Part shown: piece after piece, positions 18,463-26,406 of the stretch | How positions within the stretch are numbered: the stretch's first letter is position 1 | Layout of the letters: each line of letters begins with the position of its first letter | From: an uncultured Acidobacteriota bacterium | Lineage (GTDB): Bacteria; Acidobacteriota; Thermoanaerobaculia; UBA5066 | DNA length: 64,000 nucleotides | Direction: 5' to 3' | NCBI GenBank assembly: GCA_963779415.1 | Contig: CAVZYA010000001.1 | Coordinates: 928,001-992,000, forward strand | Program-made: the position numbers and the translations under genes | The notes under the pieces: generated by a model | Told to the model about the DNA's origin: nothing | What the model saw: only the letters and a program-made list of their open reading frames with translations | Databases searched by the model: none

Positions 18463-21195
18463 GTGAGCCTCGCCGCAGGCACTCGCCTCGGGCCGTACGA
18501 GATCCAAGCCCCTCTTGGCGCGGGTGGGATGGGAGAGGTCTACCGGGCGACGGACACGCGGCTCGACCGGCCGGTCGCGCTGAAAGTCCTGCCGGACGCT
18601 TTCTTCGAGAACAGGGAGAGCCTCGCGCGTTTCGAGCGGGAGGCGAAGGCGCTGGCCGCCGTCAGCCACCCGAACATCGCCGTCATCTATTCATTCGAAG
18701 AGGTCTCTGGCCGGTACCTTCTCGTCCAGGAGCTTCTGGAAGGCGAGACGCTCCGCGAGGCGCTGACCAAGGCACCCTTGCCCCTGCGGAAGGCCCTCGA
18801 CGTGGGGCTACAGGTGGCGGAGGGGCTCGCGGCGGCGCACGGGAAAGGGATCGTCCACCGCGACGTCAAGCCCGACAACGTCTTCCTGACGAGGGACGGT
18901 CACGCCAAGCTCCTCGACTTCGGCCTCGCCCGGCGGGAGGCCACGCGCCACGATCCGGCCGACACCCGATCTCCGACGCTCGCCGGCGTGACCGAAAAGG
19001 GGGTCGTCCTCGGGACGGTGGCCTACATGTCGCCGGAGCAGGCGCGCGGCGAGACCGTGGACTTCCGGAGCGATCAGTTCTCGCTCGGGGTCGTCCTCTA
19101 CGAGATGCTGACCGGGAAGCGCCCCTTCGCAGGGGCCTCGGCCGCCGAGTCAATGGCCGCCACCATCCGGGACGAGCCGGAGCCGGTGACGAAGGTCGAT
19201 CCGAAGCTTCCGCCGGTTCTCGGCTGGATCGTCCAGCGCTGTCTCTCGAAGGACCCGGAAGAGCGCTATTCCTCGACCAAAGACCTCGCCAAGGAGCTGC
19301 AGAACCTCCGGACGCATCTCTCCGATGCCGTCAGCGCGACGGAGGTCTCGACCGGCGAAACGCCCCGGCTCCGCCGACGAGTCCCCCTCTGGGCGCTCCT
19401 GTCCGCCGGTGCGCTCGCCGTCGTGCTCGGCCTCCTGCTCGTCATCCGGCTCTTTCGGCCAGGACCTGTCCGACCCCTTCCCCTCGACCTCTCGCTCTCC
19501 TTCCCGGTCGACGCCTCACCGGACATCTTCAACACGAACCCGCTTGCTCTCACGCCCGACGGGAAGACCCTCGTCTATGCGGGAATGCGGGACACCAAGC
19601 CAATGCTCTTCGTCCGTCGGCTCGACCGCGACGAGATCCGGCCGATTTCCGGGACGGACGGAGCGGCCCTGCCCTTCCTCTCCCCGGACGGTCTCCAGGT
19701 GGGGTTCTTCGCCGACGGAAAGCTGAAGAAGGTGGCGCTCGACGGCGGGTCGCCGATGACTCTCTGCGATGCCCGGATCCCCCGCGGCGGGAGCTGGGGA
19801 GTGGACGGCACGATCGTCTTCACGCCGAGCGCGATGTCCGGCCTCCAACGCATCTCGTCTTCGGGCGGAGAGCCTCGCCCGGTGACGACTCCGGACGCGG
19901 CGAAGGGTGAGAGGCACCTCTTTCCTCAGTTTCTTCCGGATGGAGAGCACGTCCTCTTCGACCTCACGGATCGCGATCGGACGGGCGGGGCTGCCGTCGT
20001 CTCGCTCCGGACCGGCGAGCAGAAGATCGTCGCGGAAGACGCCCCGTACGCGCGCTATCTCCCGACAGGACATCTCGTCTTCACGCGCCCCGGTTCGCTC
20101 GTCGCCGTCTCGTTCGACCTGAAGAAACTCGAGGCGTCCGGGCCTCCCGTCCCGATTCTCACCGATCTCGTGACGAATCTCAGTTTCCTGCGGACGGCCG
20201 AGTACGCTTTCTCGCAGGACGGAACGCTCGTCTACGTCCCGACCCGGTCGCTTCAGCGGACGTTCGTCTGGGTGGACCGGAAAGGAGCCGTGGAGCGAAT
20301 TCCGTTCCCGGCCGGAGGCTACGAGGAGGTCGTCCTCTCGCCGGACGGAGGGCGGCTCGCCACGAGAGCCATCGACAAGAGCGAGAAGATGACGCTTCTG
20401 TTTGGAGACCTCGCCCGGGGGACTCTCACCCGGTCGACGGCCGAAGGATCCTTCCAGTGCCTCGCCTGGGCACCGGACGGGAAACGGGTGGCCTTCGGCT
20501 TCAAGCCTGCCGGAGGACGAGGGCTCTTCAGCGTCTTCTGGCAGAACGCCGACGGAAGCGCCCCTCCGGAACGGCTGACGGGCGAGACGCGGCTCCAGAT
20601 GGAGCTGCCGACGTCCTTCTCGACCGACGGCAGCCTGACGCTCGTCCAGGTGATGGACTACGCGGATACGAGCCCGGCCAATACCCGCTGGGACATCTTC
20701 GTCCTTCCGCTCCGAGGGGAACGGCAGATGCGTCCCTTCCTGAAGACGCGGGCAAAGGAGGAGCTTGCGCGGTTCTCGCCCGACGGCCGCTGGGTCGCGT
20801 ATCGGTCGGACGAGTCGGGCCAGCTGGAGATCTTCGTCCAGCCCTTCCCGGGCCCGGGTCCCAAGTGGCAGATCTCGACCGAAGGCGGGAGCGAGCCTCG
20901 CTGGTCCCGGAGCGGCCACGAGCTCTTCTACCGGCAGGACGACAAGCTAAATCGCCAGAACGACAAGATGATGGTCGTCGATGTCGAGACGGCGCCGACG
21001 TTCCGAGCCGGCCGTCCACGGGTGCTCTTCGAAGGGCAGTTCTACGACTTCGGCATCAACTGCTATGACGTCACGCCCGACGGCTCGCGCTTCATCATGA
21101 TCAAGGAGGACCCCGCCGAGCTGGGCCCGGCGCACGTCAACGTCGTCCTGAACTGGTTCGATGAGGTGAAGCGGCAGGTCCCAGGGGCGAAGTGA
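18463..21195 (+). CDS. K4: Ser/Thr protein kinase with TM helix and TolB-like propeller; close tandem paralog of K3
   Basis: Same motifs (HRDVKPDN); collinear with K3 over its full length, both ending ...VVLNWFxEVKRxVPGAK. Confidence 0.93.
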   Translation: MSLAAGTRLGPYEIQAPLGAGGMGEVYRATDTRLDRPVALKVLPDAFFENRESLARFEREAKALAAVSHPNIAVIYSFEEVSGRYLLVQELLEGETLREALTKAPLPLRKALDVGLQVAEGLAAAHGKGIVHRDVKPDNVFLTRDGHAKLLDFGLARREATRHDPADTRSPTLAGVTEKGVVLGTVAYMSPEQARGETVDFRSDQFSLGVVLYEMLTGKRPFAGASAAESMAATIRDEPEPVTKVDPKLPPVLGWIVQRCLSKDPEERYSSTKDLAKELQNLRTHLSDAVSATEVSTGETPRLRRRVPLWALLSAGALAVVLGLLLVIRLFRPGPVRPLPLDLSLSFPVDASPDIFNTNPLALTPDGKTLVYAGMRDTKPMLFVRRLDRDEIRPISGTDGAALPFLSPDGLQVGFFADGKLKKVALDGGSPMTLCDARIPRGGSWGVDGTIVFTPSAMSGLQRISSSGGEPRPVTTPDAAKGERHLFPQFLPDGEHVLFDLTDRDRTGGAAVVSLRTGEQKIVAEDAPYARYLPTGHLVFTRPGSLVAVSFDLKKLEASGPPVPILTDLVTNLSFLRTAEYAFSQDGTLVYVPTRSLQRTFVWVDRKGAVERIPFPAGGYEEVVLSPDGGRLATRAIDKSEKMTLLFGDLARGTLTRSTAEGSFQCLAWAPDGKRVAFGFKPAGGRGLFSVFWQNADGSAPPERLTGETRLQMELPTSFSTDGSLTLVQVMDYADTSPANTRWDIFVLPLRGERQMRPFLKTRAKEELARFSPDGRWVAYRSDESGQLEIFVQPFPGPGPKWQISTEGGSEPRWSRSGHELFYRQDDKLNRQNDKMMVVDVETAPTFRAGRPRVLFEGQFYDFGINCYDVTPDGSRFIMIKEDPAELGPAHVNVVLNWFDEVKRQVPGAK

Positions 21196-21198
21196 CGA

Positions 21199-21235
21199 TT
21201 TGATGCAAGAATGGTTGATGCTATGATGTCATCAT
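21199..21235 (+). promoter_or_regulatory. Probable leaderless vapBC promoter with operator palindrome
   Basis: TTGATG at 21200, extended -10 TGcTATGAT at 21219-21227, 6 nt before the ATG, no SD; inverted repeat ATGATG-T-CATCAT at 21223-21235. Confidence 0.6.
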
Positions 21236-21500
21236 GAGGACCACGTTGACACTCGATGACGACGTCGCCGCTCTGCTGAAGGAAAGAGCCCGCCGCCAGG
21301 ATCTCACCATGAAGAGGGCGGTGAACGACGCGTTGCGGGCGGGGCTGCTCAGGACGGGCTCGGGCCGGCCCCGTCGCTACCGACTCAAGCCGGCGTCGCT
21401 CGGGGGTCCCCTTCCGGGCATCGACCTCGACAAGGCGCTTGGCCTCTCCGGGACGCTCGAGGACCTCGAGATCTACCGGAAGCTGGAGCTCCGGAAGTGA
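21234..21500 (+). CDS. vapB: VapB-type ribbon-helix-helix antitoxin
   Basis: MRTTLTLDDDVAALL...VNDALRAGL RHH signature; GTGA overlap with PIN toxin. Confidence 0.85.
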   Translation: MRTTLTLDDDVAALLKERARRQDLTMKRAVNDALRAGLLRTGSGRPRRYRLKPASLGGPLPGIDLDKALGLSGTLEDLEIYRKLELRK

Positions 21501-21925
21501 TCCTCGTCGATGCCAACCTCCTCGTCTACGCCGTGGATGCGGACTCCCCCCGCCACCGCCCGGCCCGGCGCTGGCTGGAGGAGACCCTCTCGGGCTCGTC
21601 TGCGGTCGGCCTTCCCTGGATCGTTCTTCTCGCCTTTCTTCGACTGACGACGCGCACGGGGATCCTGAGAAAGCCGCTTCGGCCGGAACGCGCGCTAGGG
21701 TACGTCGACTCCTGGCTGGCCCAGCCCTACGTCGCGGCGGTCGGGCCGGGCCCGGGGCACTGGGCCGTCCTCAGAAACCTCCTGAGGACGACCGGCCTCG
21801 CAGGGAACCTCACCTCGGATGCGCATCTCGCGGCCCTCGCAATCGAGCGCGGCGCTCCGGTCTACTCGACCGACCACGACTTCCGGCGGTTCCCCGGCGT
21901 CGAGCACGTCGACCCGCTCGCGTAA
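21497..21925 (+). CDS. vapC: VapC PIN-domain ribonuclease toxin
   Basis: MILVDANLLVYA, GNLTSDAHLAALAIE, STDHDFRRFPG. Confidence 0.92.
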   Translation: MILVDANLLVYAVDADSPRHRPARRWLEETLSGSSAVGLPWIVLLAFLRLTTRTGILRKPLRPERALGYVDSWLAQPYVAAVGPGPGHWAVLRNLLRTTGLAGNLTSDAHLAALAIERGAPVYSTDHDFRRFPGVEHVDPLA

Positions 21926-21967
21926 CGGCAGGACCCGCGCCATGGGCTCGTCCTCACTCCCGGCGCG

Positions 21968-23596
21968 CTACGACGTCAGCCCGACGACCTTGCCGTCCAC
22001 GAGGTCGATCCGCTCGGCGGCGGGGAAGGTCGGAAGGCCCGGCATCCGGAGGACTTCGCCGAGGAGCGGCACGAGGTAGCCCGCCCCCGCCGCAAGGAGA
22101 ACGCCCCGGACGGTGATCCCGAAGTCCCCGGGGCGCCCGAGGCGCCTTGGGTCGTCGGAAAGCGACGTCTGGGTCTTGGCGACGCAGAGCGGAAGCAGCT
22201 CGTACCCGAACCGCATCGCCATCTCGAGGTCGCTCTCGGCCTCGTGGCTCCATGTCACGTCCTTCGCACCGTACATGGCGTGGGCGATCTTCAGGAGCTT
22301 CACCTTGGGCGGGTCGTTCCGTTCGTAGAGGGGCCGGAAACGGCCGGCATCTCGCGACGCGACCCCGACGACGGCCTCCGCCAGCGCGGTTCCCCCTTCG
22401 CCCCCCTTCATGAAGACGTCGGCAACGGCAAAGGGGACCTTCAGCCGCTCACACTCCGCCCGGACGACCGCGATCTCCTCCTCCGTGTCGGCGGCGAATC
22501 GGTTCAGCGCGATGACGGGCCCCTCGCCGAAGGTCCGGATGCTCTCGACGTGCTTGTCCAGATTCGGGAGTCCCCGTTCCACGGCCTTCGGGTCGGGAAC
22601 GGTCAGGGCGTCCTTCGAGGCACCGCCGTGCAGCTTCAGCGCCCGGATCGTCGCGACGAGGACGACGGCCGCCGTGTCGAGGCCGGCCGAAACGCTCTTG
22701 ATGTCGAAGAACTTCTCGGCGCCGAGATCGACGCCGAAGCCGGCCTCCGTCACCGTGTAGTCGGCGTATGCCAGCGCCATCTTCGTCGCGAGGACCGAGT
22801 TGCAGCCGTGGGCGATGTTCGCGAAGGGCCCGCCGTGGACGAAGGCGGGGACCCCCTCGAGCGCCTGGACGAGGTTCGGCTTCAGGGCGTCCTTGAGGAG
22901 GACCATCATCGCCCCGACGGCCTGGAGGTCCGCCGCCGTGATCGGGTCCTTCTCGCGGGTCAGGGCCACGACGATGCGCGAGAGGCGCGCCCGGAGATCC
23001 TCCGCGTCCTCGGCGAGGCAGAGGGCCGCCATCACCTCCGAGGCCGGTGTGATGTCGAAGCCCGTTTCGCGCGGCACCCCCTCCATGGCACCGCCGAGGC
23101 CGATGACGACGTGGCGGAGCGACCGGTCGTTCATGTCGATGACGCGCCGCCAGAGGACGCGGCGGGGGTCGATACCGAGGGCGTCGCCGTGCTGCATGTT
23201 GTTGTCGAGAAGGGCGGCGAGGAGGTTGTGAGCGGCCGAGACGGCATGGAAGTCGCCCGTGAAGTGGAGGTTGATGTCGGCCTCCGGGACGACCCGGGCG
23301 AGACCGCCGCCGGTCGCCCCTCCCTTCAACCCGAACGTGGGGCCGAGCGATGGCTCGCGCAGGGCGAGGCAGGCTCGTTTCCCGATCCGCGCGAGCCCCT
23401 GCGCGAGACCGATGGAGATCGTCGTCTTCCCTTCGCCGGCCTCCGTCGGGGTGATCGCCGAGACGAGGATCAGCTTCCCCGGCGACCGGCCCGAGTCCCG
23501 GGCCGCCAGCGAGACTTTCGCCTTGTCGTCCCCGTAGAGCGTCAATTGATGGTGCGGGATTCCGAGGGAGGCGGCCACGTCGACGATCGGGCGCAT
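21968..23596 (-). CDS. fhs: Formate--tetrahydrofolate ligase
   Basis: TPTEAGEGKTT, LREPSLGPTFGLKGGATGGG, INLHFTGDFHA, HGGPFANIAHGCNS, MPGLP; ATG at 23596 after GGAGGG. Confidence 0.96.
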   Translation of the reverse strand: MRPIVDVAASLGIPHHQLTLYGDDKAKVSLAARDSGRSPGKLILVSAITPTEAGEGKTTISIGLAQGLARIGKRACLALREPSLGPTFGLKGGATGGGLARVVPEADINLHFTGDFHAVSAAHNLLAALLDNNMQHGDALGIDPRRVLWRRVIDMNDRSLRHVVIGLGGAMEGVPRETGFDITPASEVMAALCLAEDAEDLRARLSRIVVALTREKDPITAADLQAVGAMMVLLKDALKPNLVQALEGVPAFVHGGPFANIAHGCNSVLATKMALAYADYTVTEAGFGVDLGAEKFFDIKSVSAGLDTAAVVLVATIRALKLHGGASKDALTVPDPKAVERGLPNLDKHVESIRTFGEGPVIALNRFAADTEEEIAVVRAECERLKVPFAVADVFMKGGEGGTALAEAVVGVASRDAGRFRPLYERNDPPKVKLLKIAHAMYGAKDVTWSHEAESDLEMAMRFGYELLPLCVAKTQTSLSDDPRRLGRPGDFGITVRGVLLAAGAGYLVPLLGEVLRMPGLPTFPAAERIDLVDGKVVGLTS

Positions 23597-23658
23597 CGGA
23601 ATTCCCTCCACCCTAATTGTGGCTCCGGGAACGCCCCCGCCTCACTGGGGCGTCTGCA

Positions 23659-26406
23659 TCACTTCCGGCCCGGCTCCGGTGCCCAGTTCAGGACGACGTG
23701 CACCGCGCTCGTCTTCCCGGTACGGTCGTACGTGAGAACCAGGAACTTCGATCCGTCCGGGGCGGGGACGTAGAAGTTCCGGGTTCCACCGGGCGTCGTC
23801 TCTCCCGTCGCCGCGTCGAAGAGCGCCTGCGGGGAGCCGGCCGTGAAGGCCGGCGAGGTCGAGACGGGCACCGCCATCAGCCGCCCGTCCGCCGCGAGAT
23901 AGAAGAGTTCCTTCCCGTCCCGCCTCCAGAGCGCCTGGTCGCCGCCTCCCGATGAGACCTGCCACTTTCCGCCCCCCGGCGGGAACGACTGGACGTAGAT
24001 TTCGGACCGGCCAGTCTCGTCCGAGGTGTACGAGAAGAACCTGCCGTCCGGAGAGAGAGCGGCGTGGGCCTCATTGACGGGCGAGTTCAGGAGCGGGACC
24101 GGCTTCTTGTCCCCGCCGAGGGGAAGCATCCAGAGGTCCATCTGGCTTTTCGGGTTCTGACTCTCCACGAGGATCGCCCGACCGTCCTTCGTCCAGTCGT
24201 CCGGCCACTTGGCCTCGTCGGATTTCCAGACGAGCTCCTCGGCCCCGACGCCTGACGCAGCCCTGACGAAGATGTCCGACTTGCCATTCCGGTCCGACCC
24301 ATAGGCGATCCGCTCGCCGTCCGGGGAAAAAATCGGGCTCGCATCCTCTCCTTTTCCGAACGTCAGGCGCGAGACGGTGTTGCGGACGAGATCGAGCATC
24401 CAGACATTGTTTTCGGCCGTACCACCCGTCGCACCGGCAACGACGCGCTTTCCGTCGGGAGAGAGGTAGAACTCGAGGAACGATCCCGGGGGAAGGACGG
24501 TGTCGAGAATGCGGCCGGACCGGTCCCGGTAAGCCAGCCTCCCGGCAGCCTCGTCGTACTCGCGATAGGCGAGGACGCCGCCGCGTGACGCGGAAAACGG
24601 GGAGTAGGCCGTCGGTCCCGAGTTGCCGACATTGTCGAGACCCTCCGCGACGAGAACGGGCGCTCCCGGAGGCCGATCGCTCTTCAGCTCCATCGGCATG
24701 AAGACGAGCCGGTTGTTCCGGGCGGTCAGGAGACCGCCCGGTTCGGCCCACTGGGCAAGGCCGACGCCCCCGGTGAGGCGGCGCGGCTTCGACGCCCCGG
24801 GCTCCGAAAGGAAGACCCCCCTTCCCTCGTCGCTCACCGCCATGGAGACAAAGAGGAATCTCTTCCCGTCGGGGAGGAAGGACGGCCAACGGTGGCTCGT
24901 CTGCTTCAACTCGTCCGAGAGCTTCGTGGCGGCGACAGGCGTCCCTCCTCGGGCGGAGATCCGGTAGAGCGGGTCGCGGGTCGACGGCGCGAAGAGGATG
25001 ACGTCGTCCGCGCCCCATGCCCCGCCCCGCCCGTCCGGCGCGTCGCAGAGTGTCTGGACTATTCCCGTCGCCACCTCGATGACGACGAGCTTTCCGCCCG
25101 AGAAGAAGCCGAGCGACCGGCCGTCCGGGGACCAGAACGGGAACTTCCCGTTCTCCGCGCCCCGGACGGGCTTCGACGTGCTCTCCGAGAGCGTCCGGAC
25201 CCAGATCCCGCTGGCCTCGTCGGACGCGAAGCCGGTGAAGGCGACCTGCCTCCCGTCCGGCGAGACCGCTAGCGAGAGACCCAGCGTCGTCTTCTCGGGC
25301 AGCGGAATATCGAAGCGGACGAGGCCGAAGGATGACGGCACGGATTGTGGGGCGCGAGCGCGCAGCGCGAGCGCCCCCGCTGCGATTGCCAACGCGGCTG
25401 CAATCGCCCAGGAGAAATAGAGAGACTTTCTGCTCCCTCGCGCAGACACCGCCTGTGCGCTGCGACCTACAGCGGAACGCGGCTCCGCCTGCTCTTCTTC
25501 GAAGGGTAATTGACCGGAGGAGCTCGCCGACGCGCCGAGCTCTTCTTCTATGGCGATCCGCGCATCCCCGATGTCGCGCAGGCGCTGCTTTACGTCCCGC
25601 TGGAGGCATCGGTGCAGCAGCTCTCTCACCTTCGAAGAAACCGGCGCGCGAATCGCGCTCCAGTCCGGCTCCTTCATCAGGACGGCGGCGAGAGTGTCGG
25701 AGACCGTCTCCCCCTCGAAGGCCCGCTTCCCCGTCAGCATCTCGTAGAGAACGCAGCCGAACGCCCAGACGTCCGTCCGCTTGTCGAGCGGCTTTCCGCG
25801 GGCCTGCTCCGGCGACATGTACGCCGCCGTCCCGAGGATCATCCCGGCCGCCGTGGCGCGAGCCGTCAGCGTGGGCGATTTCGTCAGCCCCCCGCCCGAT
25901 CCCCCTTTCGAAGAATCCCCTTCTCCCTCGAACGCCTTCGCAAGACCGAAGTCCAGTAGCTTCACCCTTCCGTCCGGAGTCACCTTGACGTTCGCCGGCT
26001 TGAGGTCCCGGTGGACGATCCCCTTCTCGTGCGCCGCCTCCAGCGCCTCGGCGATCTGACGGCCGTACCCAAGGGATTCCTCGAGAGGAAGAGGGCCGGA
26101 GACGAGTCGCTGCCCGAGGTCTTCTCCCTCGACCAGCTCCATCACGAGCAGATGCCTTCCCCCAATTTCTTCGAATGAGTAGATGGCGGCAATTCCGGGA
26201 TGGTTGAGCGTTGCGAGCATGCGCGCCTCGCGTTCGAACCGCGCTCTCCGGTCCTCATCCTCGAAAAACTCTTCGGGGAGGACCTTGATGGCGACGTCCC
26301 TCCCGAGCCGCGTGTCCTTCGCCCGGTAGACCTCGCCCATCCCCCCGGCGCCGAGGGGCGCTGCGATCTCGTACGAGCCGAGGCGGGTGCCGGGCGCGAT
26401 CGTCAT
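23659..26406 (-). CDS. K5: Ser/Thr protein kinase with TM helix and TolB-like propeller
   Basis: Start MTIAPGTRLGSYE at 26406; HRDLKPAN, DFG, TAAYMSPE; TM LYFSWAIAAALAIAAGALAL. Confidence 0.93.
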   Translation of the reverse strand: MTIAPGTRLGSYEIAAPLGAGGMGEVYRAKDTRLGRDVAIKVLPEEFFEDEDRRARFEREARMLATLNHPGIAAIYSFEEIGGRHLLVMELVEGEDLGQRLVSGPLPLEESLGYGRQIAEALEAAHEKGIVHRDLKPANVKVTPDGRVKLLDFGLAKAFEGEGDSSKGGSGGGLTKSPTLTARATAAGMILGTAAYMSPEQARGKPLDKRTDVWAFGCVLYEMLTGKRAFEGETVSDTLAAVLMKEPDWSAIRAPVSSKVRELLHRCLQRDVKQRLRDIGDARIAIEEELGASASSSGQLPFEEEQAEPRSAVGRSAQAVSARGSRKSLYFSWAIAAALAIAAGALALRARAPQSVPSSFGLVRFDIPLPEKTTLGLSLAVSPDGRQVAFTGFASDEASGIWVRTLSESTSKPVRGAENGKFPFWSPDGRSLGFFSGGKLVVIEVATGIVQTLCDAPDGRGGAWGADDVILFAPSTRDPLYRISARGGTPVAATKLSDELKQTSHRWPSFLPDGKRFLFVSMAVSDEGRGVFLSEPGASKPRRLTGGVGLAQWAEPGGLLTARNNRLVFMPMELKSDRPPGAPVLVAEGLDNVGNSGPTAYSPFSASRGGVLAYREYDEAAGRLAYRDRSGRILDTVLPPGSFLEFYLSPDGKRVVAGATGGTAENNVWMLDLVRNTVSRLTFGKGEDASPIFSPDGERIAYGSDRNGKSDIFVRAASGVGAEELVWKSDEAKWPDDWTKDGRAILVESQNPKSQMDLWMLPLGGDKKPVPLLNSPVNEAHAALSPDGRFFSYTSDETGRSEIYVQSFPPGGGKWQVSSGGGDQALWRRDGKELFYLAADGRLMAVPVSTSPAFTAGSPQALFDAATGETTPGGTRNFYVPAPDGSKFLVLTYDRTGKTSAVHVVLNWAPEPGRK

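Noticed and set aside
15667-21195. Diversity-generating retroelement acting on the propeller C-termini
   Set aside because: No reverse transcriptase and no non-coding template repeat in the window; K3/K4 differences are not evidently adenine-specific
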